From an uncultured Gemmatimonadaceae bacterium (GTDB lineage: Bacteria; Gemmatimonadota; Gemmatimonadetes; Longimicrobiales; RSA9), in contig CAYPGK010000009.1 in the NCBI GenBank assembly GCA_964410055.1, positions 5,549 through 60,347 on the forward strand: DNA of 54,799 bases, given 5' to 3'. Each line of letters starts with the position of its first letter. Within the stretch, counting starts at the first letter, position 1. The notes below the pieces were generated by a model. That model did not search any database. It was not told where the DNA came from and saw only the letters and a list, made by a program, of their open reading frames with translations. The position numbers and the translations under genes are program-made. Below are positions 26,611 through 35,289 of the stretch, piece by piece.

Positions 26611-28839
26611 ATGACGACGACATCCGCATCGCCGCTGGATCGGCCGGTCCAGTACCTCAAGGGCGTGGGTCCCAAGCGGGCGGAGACGCTCTCGCGCGTG
26701 GGCGTCAACACCGCGCGGGACCTGCTCTACCACGTCCCGCGCCGCTACGAGGACGCGAGCACGGTGTCGCGGATCGGCTCGCTCGAGGTCGGGATGGACG
26801 CCACGGTGATCGGCGAGGTCACGAGCAAGGGCGTCATCCCGACACGGGTCGGGCTGCGGATCTTCCAGGCGGTGATCCGTGACGGGAGCGGGCTGATCGA
26901 GTGCTCGTGGCCGGGCCAGCCGTTCCTGGACCGTGTGATCCGGAAGGGCGACCTCCTCCTCGTGACCGGCCCGGTCAAGTTCTTCCACGGCCGCCAGATC
27001 CAGCCGCGGGAGTACGTGATCCTGGGCCGCGCCGGCGAGGACGGCGACGCGGCCGGTAAGGTGCTCCCGATCTACCCCGCCACCGAGGGCCTCTCCCAAC
27101 GGCTCCTCCGCTCGATCATCGACCAGAACCTGGACGCGCTGCTCCCCGCGCTGGATGAGGAGGAGATCTTCGGGCCGGAGCAGCTCCGCAGGGTGGGCGC
27201 CGCGCAGCTCCGCGACGCGATCGAGCTGCTGCACCGCCCGCCGTCGCTACGGGAGGCGGAGAGCGGGCGACGTCGTCTGGCGTACGAGGAGGCGTTCTTC
27301 CTCCAGCTCCTGCACGCCCGCGCCCACCACCGCGCGACCGCCGAGCGGAGCGGGATCGCGTTCCGCCGCACGGACGCCCTGATCGGCGCGCTCTTCCGCT
27401 CGCTCCCGTTCCAGCTCACCGGCGCACAGACGCGAGTCGTCCGGGAGATCTACGCGGACATGACGTCGCCGCGGCGGATGAACCGCCTGGTCCAGGGCGA
27501 CGTCGGGTCGGGGAAGACGGTGGTGGCGCTCTTCGCCATGCTCCTCGCGGTCGAGAGCGGGTACCAGGCCGCGCTCATGGCGCCGACCGAGATCCTGGCC
27601 GAGCAGCACGCGCGCACGTTGCGCAAGCTGCTGGATGGCCTGCCGGTCGAGGTCGCGCTCCTGACCGGCCGGCTCGGCGCCGCGGAGCGCCGCGCCGCGC
27701 TGGAGTCGATCGCGAGCGGCCGGGCCGGGATCGTCGTCGGGACGCACGCGCTGATCCAGGACGCCGTGACGTTCCACCGCCTCGGGCTCGCCGTGATCGA
27801 CGAGCAGCACCGCTTCGGCGTGCGCCAGCGGCAGGCGCTGGCGGAGATGGCCAGGCGGGGCGGTACGGCGAGCGACGGCGAGGCGGCGCGCGCCGACGGC
27901 GGTGCGGGCCGGTCGCGCGGCGACGGCCGGGCCGCGATGCGCGGAGGTGGGCGTCGCGACCCCGACCGAGAAGCTGTCGACGTCGGCCTCGACGCGGCAC
28001 CCGACGTCCTCGTCATGTCCGCCACCCCCATCCCACGCTCGCTCGCGCTCACCGTCTACGGCGACCTGGACCTCAGCATCCTGGACGAGCTCCCGCCCGG
28101 TCGGCAGCGGGTGCGGACGGGCGTGCGCCCGGAGCGCGCCCGCGGCAAGGTCTACGACTTCATCCGCGAGCAGGTCGGCGCCGGGCGGCAGGCCTACATC
28201 GTCTACCCCCTCGTCGAGGAGTCCGAGAAGCTGGAGCTGCGCGCCGCGACCGCGGAGTTCGAGCGGCTCCAGAGCGAGGTCTTCCCGGATCTGCGGCTCG
28301 GGCTTATCCACGGGCAGATGCCGGGCGACGAGAAGGATGCGACGATGCGCGCCTTCGTCGCCGGCGAGCTCGACATCCTCGTCTCGACCACCGTCATCGA
28401 GGTCGGCATCGACGTGCCGAACTCGACGGTCATGGTCATCGAGCACGCCGAGCGCTTCGGCCTCTCCCAGCTCCACCAGCTCCGCGGTCGGGTCGGGCGC
28501 GGGGCGGAGGAGAGCTACTGCATACTGATCGCGACCGGCGATGCCGTCGCAGCCGAGCGGCTCCGCATCTTCTCCCGCACCCACGACGGCTTCGAGATCG
28601 CCCGCGAGGACCTGCGCATCCGCGGCATGGGCGACTTCTTCGGCGCCCGCCAGCACGGCGTCCCCGCCTTCCGCTACTTCGACCCGCTCCGCGACGAGAA
28701 GCTGCTCGCCGCCGCGCGCGAGGAGGCGCGGCGGATCGTCGAGGCGGACCCGGAGCTGGTTGCTCCGGAGAATGCGCGGTTCCGGGCGGTGCTGGAGAAG
28801 CGGTATGGGGAGCGGGAGCGGTTGTACGGGGTGGGGTGA
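26611..28839 (+). CDS. recG: ATP-dependent DNA helicase RecG
   Basis: LKGVGPKR, QGDVGSGKT, DEQHRFG, MSATPIPR, TTVIEVG and QLHQLRGRVGRG motifs. Confidence 0.96.
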   Translation: MTTTSASPLDRPVQYLKGVGPKRAETLSRVGVNTARDLLYHVPRRYEDASTVSRIGSLEVGMDATVIGEVTSKGVIPTRVGLRIFQAVIRDGSGLIECSWPGQPFLDRVIRKGDLLLVTGPVKFFHGRQIQPREYVILGRAGEDGDAAGKVLPIYPATEGLSQRLLRSIIDQNLDALLPALDEEEIFGPEQLRRVGAAQLRDAIELLHRPPSLREAESGRRRLAYEEAFFLQLLHARAHHRATAERSGIAFRRTDALIGALFRSLPFQLTGAQTRVVREIYADMTSPRRMNRLVQGDVGSGKTVVALFAMLLAVESGYQAALMAPTEILAEQHARTLRKLLDGLPVEVALLTGRLGAAERRAALESIASGRAGIVVGTHALIQDAVTFHRLGLAVIDEQHRFGVRQRQALAEMARRGGTASDGEAARADGGAGRSRGDGRAAMRGGGRRDPDREAVDVGLDAAPDVLVMSATPIPRSLALTVYGDLDLSILDELPPGRQRVRTGVRPERARGKVYDFIREQVGAGRQAYIVYPLVEESEKLELRAATAEFERLQSEVFPDLRLGLIHGQMPGDEKDATMRAFVAGELDILVSTTVIEVGIDVPNSTVMVIEHAERFGLSQLHQLRGRVGRGAEESYCILIATGDAVAAERLRIFSRTHDGFEIAREDLRIRGMGDFFGARQHGVPAFRYFDPLRDEKLLAAAREEARRIVEADPELVAPENARFRAVLEKRYGERERLYGVG

Positions 28840-28854
28840 TAGAGCAGGTTCTGG

Positions 28855-28971
28855 GTATCAGGAATCAGGTATCAGGAATCAGGTATCAGGTATCAGGGAT
28901 CAGGGATCAGGTTCGGGTGCGGGACGACGGCTGGATAGAGCGCTAACCCCCTGACACCTGATTCCCAATAC
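28855..28971. repeat. Heptamer tandem repeat G(T/A/G)ATCAG x8 with inverted copies downstream
   Basis: 28855-28910: GTATCAG GAATCAG GTATCAG GAATCAG GTATCAG GTATCAG GGATCAG GGATCAG; 28951-28971: CTGACAC CTGATTC CCAATAC (reverse-complement-like). Confidence 0.9.
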
Positions 28972-28992
28972 CAAAAAGCTAAAGGCGTGCCT

Positions 28993-29085
28993 CTCCCATG
29001 GCGTCCGGTATTGCTCCACCCAGAGATTGCGATCGGCGTCCATGAGCAGGCGCCCGTAGGTGGGCATGAGCTCGGGGATTGGCGC
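28993..29085 (-). pseudogene. Short remnant of a beta-propeller (6-bladed/NHL-like) gene
   Basis: Reads APIPELMPTYGRLLMDADRNLWVEQYRTPWE, similar to the D.dG.LWV blade motif; no plausible start, flanked by repeat elements. Confidence 0.45.
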
Positions 29086-29110
29086 GCACTTCACGGTGTC
29101 GTAGCGCGCA

Positions 29111-29280
29111 CCCCAATCGAACAACCGACCGGTCGGGGCGCCCGGTTGTGCGACAAGGGTGAATATTTCACCCCTATCGCACGATCGATTGTGGCGCGCG
29201 CGTTCATTGTGCGATAGGGGGGAGCGATTGACCCCAATCGAACAATCGAAGCGCGGAAGGCGTCCGTTGTGCGATTCGGT
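29111..29280. repeat. Element of six alternating 14-bp inverted motifs, copy B (inverted relative to copy A)
   Basis: CCCCAATCGAACAA (29111), TTGTGCGACAAGGG (29146), CCCCTATCGCACGA (29171), TTGTGCGATAGGGG (29207), CCCCAATCGAACAA (29232), TTGTGCGATTCGGT (29267); spacers 21/11/22/11/21. Confidence 0.85.
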
Positions 29281-29533
29281 GCATCCACTGCGCTGTCCGC
29301 CCGCCGGCCCGCCCCCACGCCGTCCCGCCAGCCCTGGCCGCCAGGCCGACCTGCGGGCCGCCCGCCATCCTCGGCAGTGCGGGCTCTGGCCACCGAGCCA
29401 CTGCCCATTCTGCCCGGCACCCGCCTGGCGCGCCCCGGGCGCCGCGGGATTCGCGCGCCGCCGCTCAGTCCGACCGCCCCGGCGGCGCGACCGGCGCGGT
29501 AGCCGCGCCCCGCGGCCGCGCCTGCCCCGAACC

Positions 29534-31411
29534 CTACATCCCCAGCGCCTTCTTCAGCGCCGCCTCACCCCCCACCACCGGCAGCTCGAGCCGCGTTCCT
29601 GCCAGATCCACCGTCAACTCCGTGCCCGGACTCGGCCAGAGAGTGAAGTCGCGGTCGCTGGAGAAGATCATGAGGCCGATGCGCTGGCCGGCCGGGATGA
29701 CCTGGTCGTCGGGCTGGAGGTCGAAGCTCACCTCGTAGAACTGGCCGGGGACGAGCGGCTCGCTCTCGCGGATCGACTCGCGGTTCTGCGGGTCGGCCCA
29801 GCCGCGGGTGATCAGGTCGTCCGTGATGTTGCTGCTGCCCTCCCACGGCAGGGCGACGAGCCAGACGGAGAGGTTCGCCGCGGGCTTGCTCGAGGCGAGC
29901 CGGATCGTGACGCGCGGCGTGCCCGAGATGTGGACCGCCTCGGTGAGCACCGGCGTCGCATAGAGGAGCCGGTGTCCGGAGCGTTCGGCGGCGGCGAGGT
30001 CGGCGCCGGAGAAGGAGACGTCGTCGACGAGCGTCTCGGTCCCCTGTCCCGGCGCGTCGGACGGCACGAGGCCGCCGATGCCGTTCAGCCCGTCGGTCCC
30101 GGCGGCGGCCGCACGGAGCTGGAGCGTGACCGGCGCCGCGGCGGGGTTCGGGTAGTCGGGGTACGGCGTGGGCTGGAGTCGGTCGTCGCCCTCGCGGACG
30201 ATCCAGGCGCGCGGGTCGTTCTCGACGCCGTTCTCGATGCCGTAGAGATAGCGCGTGAACCAGCGGTTCATCATCTCGAGCGGCGGCGGTCCGCCGTGGC
30301 CGCCCTGGTGGAAGTAGTACTGCAGCGGCACGCCGCGCTCCTTCAGCGCCTCGCCGACGATCACGCTGTGCTCGGGCTTGACGTTCCAGTCGTTGAAGGC
30401 GTGCGCCATGAGGGTGGCGGCGCGGATCCCGTCGATCTGGCGCAGGAAGTCGCGACCGGCCCAGAAGTCGTTGTAGTCGCCGGTGATGCGGTCCATCCCG
30501 GCCGCCATCTCGCCGTCGCGGACGGTGGCGTTGCAGTAGGCGCGGCGGTCCGGATCGCCGCTGTTGATGAAGTCGTAGAGGATGTCGATGTCCTCGCCCA
30601 GCCACCCGCCGGGGTGTACGATGAGCCCGTTCTGGCGATAGTAGAGGTAGTAGGAGTTGTTGGGCGCGACGGGGATGATCGCCTCGAGCCCCTCGACGCC
30701 GGTCGTCGCCGCGGCGACGGCGAGCGTGCCGTTGTAGGAGGTGCCGGTCATCCCGACTTTCCCGGTGCTCCAGTGGGCGACGACCTCCTCGTCGCCATCC
30801 GGGGTGGTGAAGCCACGGGCCCTGCCGTTCAGCCAGTCGATGACGGCCTTGGGCGCGAGCGCCTCGGGGTCGCCGCCGACGGTCGGGCAGCCCTGGGAGA
30901 GCCCGGTCCCGGGCGCTTCGGAGTGGACGACTGCAAAGCCGCGCGGGACCCAGTCGGCGACGTGCGTGTTCGAGATGAACGGGCGCACGCGGCGTTCGAC
31001 CGGTGGGGCCTGGGTTCGCGGCGGCGGCGGTGCGCCGAGCTCCTGCCGCACGTCCCAGAAGAACTCGGTCCCCCGCGCCGTCCCGGAGTAGTACGGACTG
31101 GACTCGTAGATCACCGGGACCTTGAGGCCTTCGGTCTCGGTCTGGCGCGGCCGGACGACGGAGACGTGGACGCGGTCGCGCTTCCCGTCGCCGTCGATGT
31201 CGAACTCGGTCTCCACCCACAACTGCTCGCGGATCCAGGTGCTCGAATCCGCGAACGCGGGTACGATCTGAGCCTGGCCGTCGACGAAAACGGGGCGAGC
31301 CCGCTGGGCATCCTGTGCCCGGGCCGAGGGCGCGACGACGTGAAGGAGCGCGAGTGCGCCGACGAGCGCGGTCGTGGCGCGGACGCGGGAGGGGTTGGTT
31401 CCGAGTCGCAT
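29534..31411 (-). CDS. Secreted Xaa-Pro dipeptidyl-peptidase (S15, CocE/NonD family)
   Basis: Signal peptide ending ARA-QD; SPY, VIDWLNGR, GTSYNG nucleophile elbow, DWNV, HQGGH; ATG 31411 with GGAG upstream. Confidence 0.9.
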   Translation of the reverse strand: MRLGTNPSRVRATTALVGALALLHVVAPSARAQDAQRARPVFVDGQAQIVPAFADSSTWIREQLWVETEFDIDGDGKRDRVHVSVVRPRQTETEGLKVPVIYESSPYYSGTARGTEFFWDVRQELGAPPPPRTQAPPVERRVRPFISNTHVADWVPRGFAVVHSEAPGTGLSQGCPTVGGDPEALAPKAVIDWLNGRARGFTTPDGDEEVVAHWSTGKVGMTGTSYNGTLAVAAATTGVEGLEAIIPVAPNNSYYLYYRQNGLIVHPGGWLGEDIDILYDFINSGDPDRRAYCNATVRDGEMAAGMDRITGDYNDFWAGRDFLRQIDGIRAATLMAHAFNDWNVKPEHSVIVGEALKERGVPLQYYFHQGGHGGPPPLEMMNRWFTRYLYGIENGVENDPRAWIVREGDDRLQPTPYPDYPNPAAAPVTLQLRAAAAGTDGLNGIGGLVPSDAPGQGTETLVDDVSFSGADLAAAERSGHRLLYATPVLTEAVHISGTPRVTIRLASSKPAANLSVWLVALPWEGSSNITDDLITRGWADPQNRESIRESEPLVPGQFYEVSFDLQPDDQVIPAGQRIGLMIFSSDRDFTLWPSPGTELTVDLAGTRLELPVVGGEAALKKALGM

Positions 31412-31532
31412 GCCGATGCTTTCTCCGGTAATATGGATCCGCGATTCGTGCCCGGCCGAGCGGCCTGAGGCGGAGGCAACGTAGCCGGCGGGTGGAAAGC
31501 GGGTCAAGGGATGGGTCGCGGAACGGCGGGAT

Positions 31533-31560
31533 TCAGGTTAACATGGCTTCCTGCCGATAC
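31533..31560 (+). promoter_or_regulatory. Putative sigma28 (FliA) promoter
   Basis: TCAG-N16-GCCGATAC; same architecture as the site upstream of flgL. Confidence 0.65.
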
Positions 31561-31618
31561 TGAAGGCGGATTCGTGTCGCCAGGAACGGCGGTACGACAA
31601 CGGAGCGGGAGTGCGACG

Positions 31619-32845
31619 ATGGTGCCAGGCGAACGGGAACGCGCCACGCGCGACGTCGCCCCGGTGAAGGGGCGTGGGCGGTGGGCGCCGTTGCCGGTGC
31701 GGTCCGGGTCGCGCCGGCGGTCGGCTGTCGCGATCGCGGCCGTGGCCGCGGTCGTCGCAATCTCGGCCGCGACTCCCGCGGAGGCCCGGCAGGGGAACCC
31801 GCCGCCTGGCGAGCGGCGGCCATCGCTCGACCGCCACGCCCAACGCCGGGCCGCGCTGGAGCGCCAGCGCACCGGTGAGGCGACGCCGACGGGAGTGGAA
31901 GGCGACGTGTGGCCGGGCACGGGCTACGGCGCCTTGCCATGGCAGTGGCCTGGGGCGCAGTGGGGGTGGCCCGGCGCGGCGCAGGGGTGGTCCGGCGCAT
32001 GGTGGGGGGGGCCCGGCGCGCCATGGGGTTGGCCTTACGGCGGCACGCCCTGGGGATGGCCGAACGGCGATGCCGATCAGGGCATCCCCGGCTGGCCAGG
32101 CTTCGTGGGGCCGCCTGGGCCCGGCTGGTGGCGCGGCGACGCGTTCCGGGGCGGGGTCGCCTGGTGGCGGTTCCGTCCTGGGGCCGCCTGGCGATTCGGC
32201 GGTGCATACTCCGGCATCTTTGCTTGGCCATACGGTGCCGGCAGCCGATTCGGCATTGGCGCCTTCCCGTGGAGGTACGGCATCGAAGCCTTCGCGCTGC
32301 GCGGTTTCTGGTGTTACGCGTCGCCGGGTGGGCGGGGGCGGGCGCCCGGTGGCCGGGATCGCGGGCCGGCCTATTGGGGGTGCGGCCCTTCGGTCTTTCC
32401 GTACGTGGCGCCGGGGCAGCGTCTGGAGACGCCGTACAATTTGCCGTGGGGGTGGCCGTACGTGCCGCGCCACCGTTTCGAAGGCCGCTTTTCGGAGGGG
32501 GCGGGCGGCGTGCCCACCCGGCGTGACGGCGGCCTGCCGTCCTACTCTGCCGGGGTGCCGACGCCGACGTGGCCTGGTGCGGCCGCGGCGTACGCAACGG
32601 CCCCGGGCGGGGCGGATTGCGCGTTCGTCGTGATCGAGGTCACGCACGGTGGCGCGTTCCGCGGCTGGATCCAACCGAGCCGGTTCGGCGCGGAGGAGCC
32701 GCGCGAGGTCGAGCTCGCCATCGATGCCCTCTTCTCCCGGGGCCTGCCTCTCGTGCTCATGGCGCCGGACGGTTATGCTGTCCGCGTGCCGGCGGGTCTG
32801 CCAATCGAAAGTATACGGGTAGCGCCTTGCAACACGACACGATGA
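31619..32845 (+). CDS. Hypothetical exported Trp/Gly/Pro-rich repeat protein
   Basis: ATG 31619 with GGGAG; SRRR + hydrophobic stretch + AEA signal; xWGWPGA heptad repeats; C-terminal globular-looking segment bounded by two Cys; stop overlaps the next ATG (ATGA). Confidence 0.65.
   Translation: MVPGERERATRDVAPVKGRGRWAPLPVRSGSRRRSAVAIAAVAAVVAISAATPAEARQGNPPPGERRPSLDRHAQRRAALERQRTGEATPTGVEGDVWPGTGYGALPWQWPGAQWGWPGAAQGWSGAWWGGPGAPWGWPYGGTPWGWPNGDADQGIPGWPGFVGPPGPGWWRGDAFRGGVAWWRFRPGAAWRFGGAYSGIFAWPYGAGSRFGIGAFPWRYGIEAFALRGFWCYASPGGRGRAPGGRDRGPAYWGCGPSVFPYVAPGQRLETPYNLPWGWPYVPRHRFEGRFSEGAGGVPTRRDGGLPSYSAGVPTPTWPGAAAAYATAPGGADCAFVVIEVTHGGAFRGWIQPSRFGAEEPREVELAIDALFSRGLPLVLMAPDGYAVRVPAGLPIESIRVAPCNTTR
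31937..32068 (+). repeat. Coding 21-bp (7-aa) tandem repeats
   Basis: PWQWPGA QWGWPGA AQGWSGA WWGGPGA PWGWPYG (GT) PWGWPNG. Confidence 0.8.
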
Positions 32846-34683
32846 CCTCGGGCGACGGATACCATGAATTGTACGAGGCGTCGCCGGCGGCGATCCTTAC
32901 CGTGGACCGGGCGGGGCACATCGTGGATTGCAACCGCGCGGCGTGTATCCGCCTCGCGCGGGCGCGGGGCGAGCTCCTCGGCGGCCCCGTTCTCCGCTGG
33001 ATCTCGCCGCTAGACCGGGCGCGGAGCAAGACGTACTTCCTCCAGGCGTTCCGGGGCGGGGTCGTCGAGTGGAAGGCGCGATTCCGGCGCGGCGACGGGT
33101 TCAGCCCGGTCATGGAGTTGCGCGCCTGTGCCTTCGGCGGGAGTGAAGCCGGCGCACCGAAGCAACTCCACGTCTTCCTGTCCGAGCTCGCAGAGAGCCG
33201 CTTCCCGTATCGAGCCGCGGGGCATCTCCAGACCGCGCTCGAGATCTTTCCCGACCAGTTCGTGCTGCTCCTCGACGGCGACGGCTGCATCCGCTACTCG
33301 GCCGGTCTGGAGCGCACGCTCTGGTACGGCGAGGAAGAGTGCATGGGACGCGACTCGTCGTTCCTCTTCGCCAACGGACCGACGGGCCGGGACCTGCTGA
33401 GCGTTCTCAGGCGGGAAACGGCGGCGGGCCGCCGTTGGGAGGGCGAGCCCTGGCTGGTCCGGAAGGACGGCTCTCGCTTCCCGGCCCGCATGGTCGCGGT
33501 GCCGTACTCCGATCCGCGAGACGATCGGCCGATCGGCACGCTCCTGGTCGGTCGCGACGTCAGCGACGAGCACGCCGCCGCCGACCGCCTGGCCAAGGCC
33601 GAGCGCCTGGCGCACATCGGCGAGGTCGTGGCGAGCATCGCGTACGAGCTGGAGACACCGGCGCGTCGCATCGCGGAGCTCGTTGCGGAAACGCGGAAGC
33701 ATGACGGCTCGACCGGGGACGACGCGCCGGCTGCGGACCTCGAGCGCGAGTCGGAGAAAGTCGCCCGGCTCGCGCATTCGCTTTACGCCTTCGCGCTGGA
33801 CACGCGGGCGGAAAGCACGCATGCCGACACGCTCGCGCTCATCGACGAGGCGATCACCGACGAGGCGGCGCTCTGCGAGGAGACCGGCGTCCGGATCGAG
33901 CGCGCCCTGCCGGCCGACCTGCCGGAGACGTTCGTCGCGCCCGATCACTTCCGAACCCTCCTGCGCCACCTCCTGGAGAACGCACGGGAGGCTGCACAAC
34001 ACGCCAGGCACGGCCAGGTCCGCGTGCGCGGCGAGGCGACGCCGTCCGCGATCGAGATCCACATCTCGGACAACGGACCCGGCGTCCGGGAGGAGTGGCG
34101 GGAGAGGATTTTCGAGCCGTTCTTCACGACGAAGAACGGACGGCTCGGGCTCGGGCTCGCCATCGCGCGCGGGATCGTTGCCGCGTACGGTGGCCGCATC
34201 TGGGCCGATCACGACGAACATACGGGTGGCGCGAAGATCTCGGTCGCACTTCCGGTCGAGCCGCCGAGCTACACCGCTGCGTTTCGCCCCCACTCCCTCG
34301 CCGTGCGCCGCCCCCGCTCGATCCTCGTCGTCGACGACGACGAGGGGCTCAGGAAGGCGATTTGCACGTTCCTCGAAAAGCTGGGCTACTCCGTCACCGA
34401 GGCGTGGAGCGGGCGCAGCGCGCTCGCCCGCATCACCTCGGGTGTATACCCCGAGCTCGTGATCACCGACCTCAAGATGAAGGATGGGACGGGCTACTGG
34501 TTCCTCAGGGAGCTGGCCCGGGACTTTCCGCGTATACTCCGCCGCACCGTCATCCTGACCGGCGATCCCTCGCACGCCGCCGTGGATCGGATCCAACGGG
34601 AGACGGATTGCCCCGTGATCAGGAAACCGTTCGATTTCCAGGTGTTGCTAGATCGTTTGTACGAGGTTGCATCTCGAGATTGA
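32842..34683 (+). CDS. PAS-PAS-HisKA-HATPase-REC hybrid sensor, pseudokinase (His->Tyr)
   Basis: Two PAS/PAC regions (RRGDG, RKDGSRFP); H-box SIAYELETP; DNGPG, FEPFFTTK, GLGLAI; receiver VVDDD, ITDLKM, KPF. Confidence 0.88.
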   Translation: MTSGDGYHELYEASPAAILTVDRAGHIVDCNRAACIRLARARGELLGGPVLRWISPLDRARSKTYFLQAFRGGVVEWKARFRRGDGFSPVMELRACAFGGSEAGAPKQLHVFLSELAESRFPYRAAGHLQTALEIFPDQFVLLLDGDGCIRYSAGLERTLWYGEEECMGRDSSFLFANGPTGRDLLSVLRRETAAGRRWEGEPWLVRKDGSRFPARMVAVPYSDPRDDRPIGTLLVGRDVSDEHAAADRLAKAERLAHIGEVVASIAYELETPARRIAELVAETRKHDGSTGDDAPAADLERESEKVARLAHSLYAFALDTRAESTHADTLALIDEAITDEAALCEETGVRIERALPADLPETFVAPDHFRTLLRHLLENAREAAQHARHGQVRVRGEATPSAIEIHISDNGPGVREEWRERIFEPFFTTKNGRLGLGLAIARGIVAAYGGRIWADHDEHTGGAKISVALPVEPPSYTAAFRPHSLAVRRPRSILVVDDDEGLRKAICTFLEKLGYSVTEAWSGRSALARITSGVYPELVITDLKMKDGTGYWFLRELARDFPRILRRTVILTGDPSHAAVDRIQRETDCPVIRKPFDFQVLLDRLYEVASRD

Positions 34684-34806
34684 GTCGCAAGGCACCGCGA
34701 AGGAAGCGCCAGGGAATCCCCAGAGAACAACTGAATATAGATTGTCATCTCGCACTCGGCCGGGCGGCCCGCTTTGGAGCAGGCCGGTCGGGCGGGTCGA
34801 GGGGGT

Positions 34807-35289
34807 CTAGGCGTCCGCGCGGCGAGACAGGTCGACCGGGTGGCGCAGACCGAACTCGGTGTCGGTGAGGATGACCTGCTTCGCGCGCCCGGTGCGCATG
34901 TCGATCGCGACCGGACCCTGGAGGTTGAGGGTGCAGGGCCGATCGGGGGTGCGAGGGAGGGTGACGATCGCGAGGACCGCGAGGTCCGAGGCGGCCGTGG
35001 TCCCGAGCTCGGCGACCTCGGCGTCGTGCAGCTCGACGACGTAGTCGCGGACGAAGACGAAGGGATCGGCAAGGAGGAAGGCGAGCGCCTCGTCCTCGTT
35101 CGACTGGAGCCAGTAGAGCCCTTCGTGGTCGGTTGCGCGGAGGGTGAACTGCCGGTGCTCCGGGAAGCCGAAGAGCCCATTGCGGAAGTGGACGAGCCGC
35201 TTGAATGGCCGGGGCTCGGACTGGGCGCCGACAGTCGGCGCATCGATAGGGTCGGTGGCCTTCAACGCAGTCGCCGTAGCGTTCATCAT
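34807..35289 (-). CDS. fliW: Flagellar assembly factor FliW
   Basis: GLFGF, WLQS, FLLADPF and TLNLQGP..AKQVIL motifs; ATGA overlap with flgL stop. Confidence 0.92.
   Translation of the reverse strand: MMNATATALKATDPIDAPTVGAQSEPRPFKRLVHFRNGLFGFPEHRQFTLRATDHEGLYWLQSNEDEALAFLLADPFVFVRDYVVELHDAEVAELGTTAASDLAVLAIVTLPRTPDRPCTLNLQGPVAIDMRTGRAKQVILTDTEFGLRHPVDLSRRADA

Noticed and set aside
27847-27999. Intein in RecG
   Set aside because: Too short and lacks the N-terminal Cys/Ser and C-terminal His-Asn signatures.
31511-31618. Upstream ATG 31511 for the W/G/P protein
   Set aside because: It lies upstream of the sigma28-like promoter; ATG 31619 has an RBS and places the signal peptide nearer the N-terminus.
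34684-34806. Possible sRNA or csrA in the gap between the pseudokinase and fliW
   Set aside because: Only 123 nt, with no CsrA-like ORF and no convincing structure or GGA-loop array.
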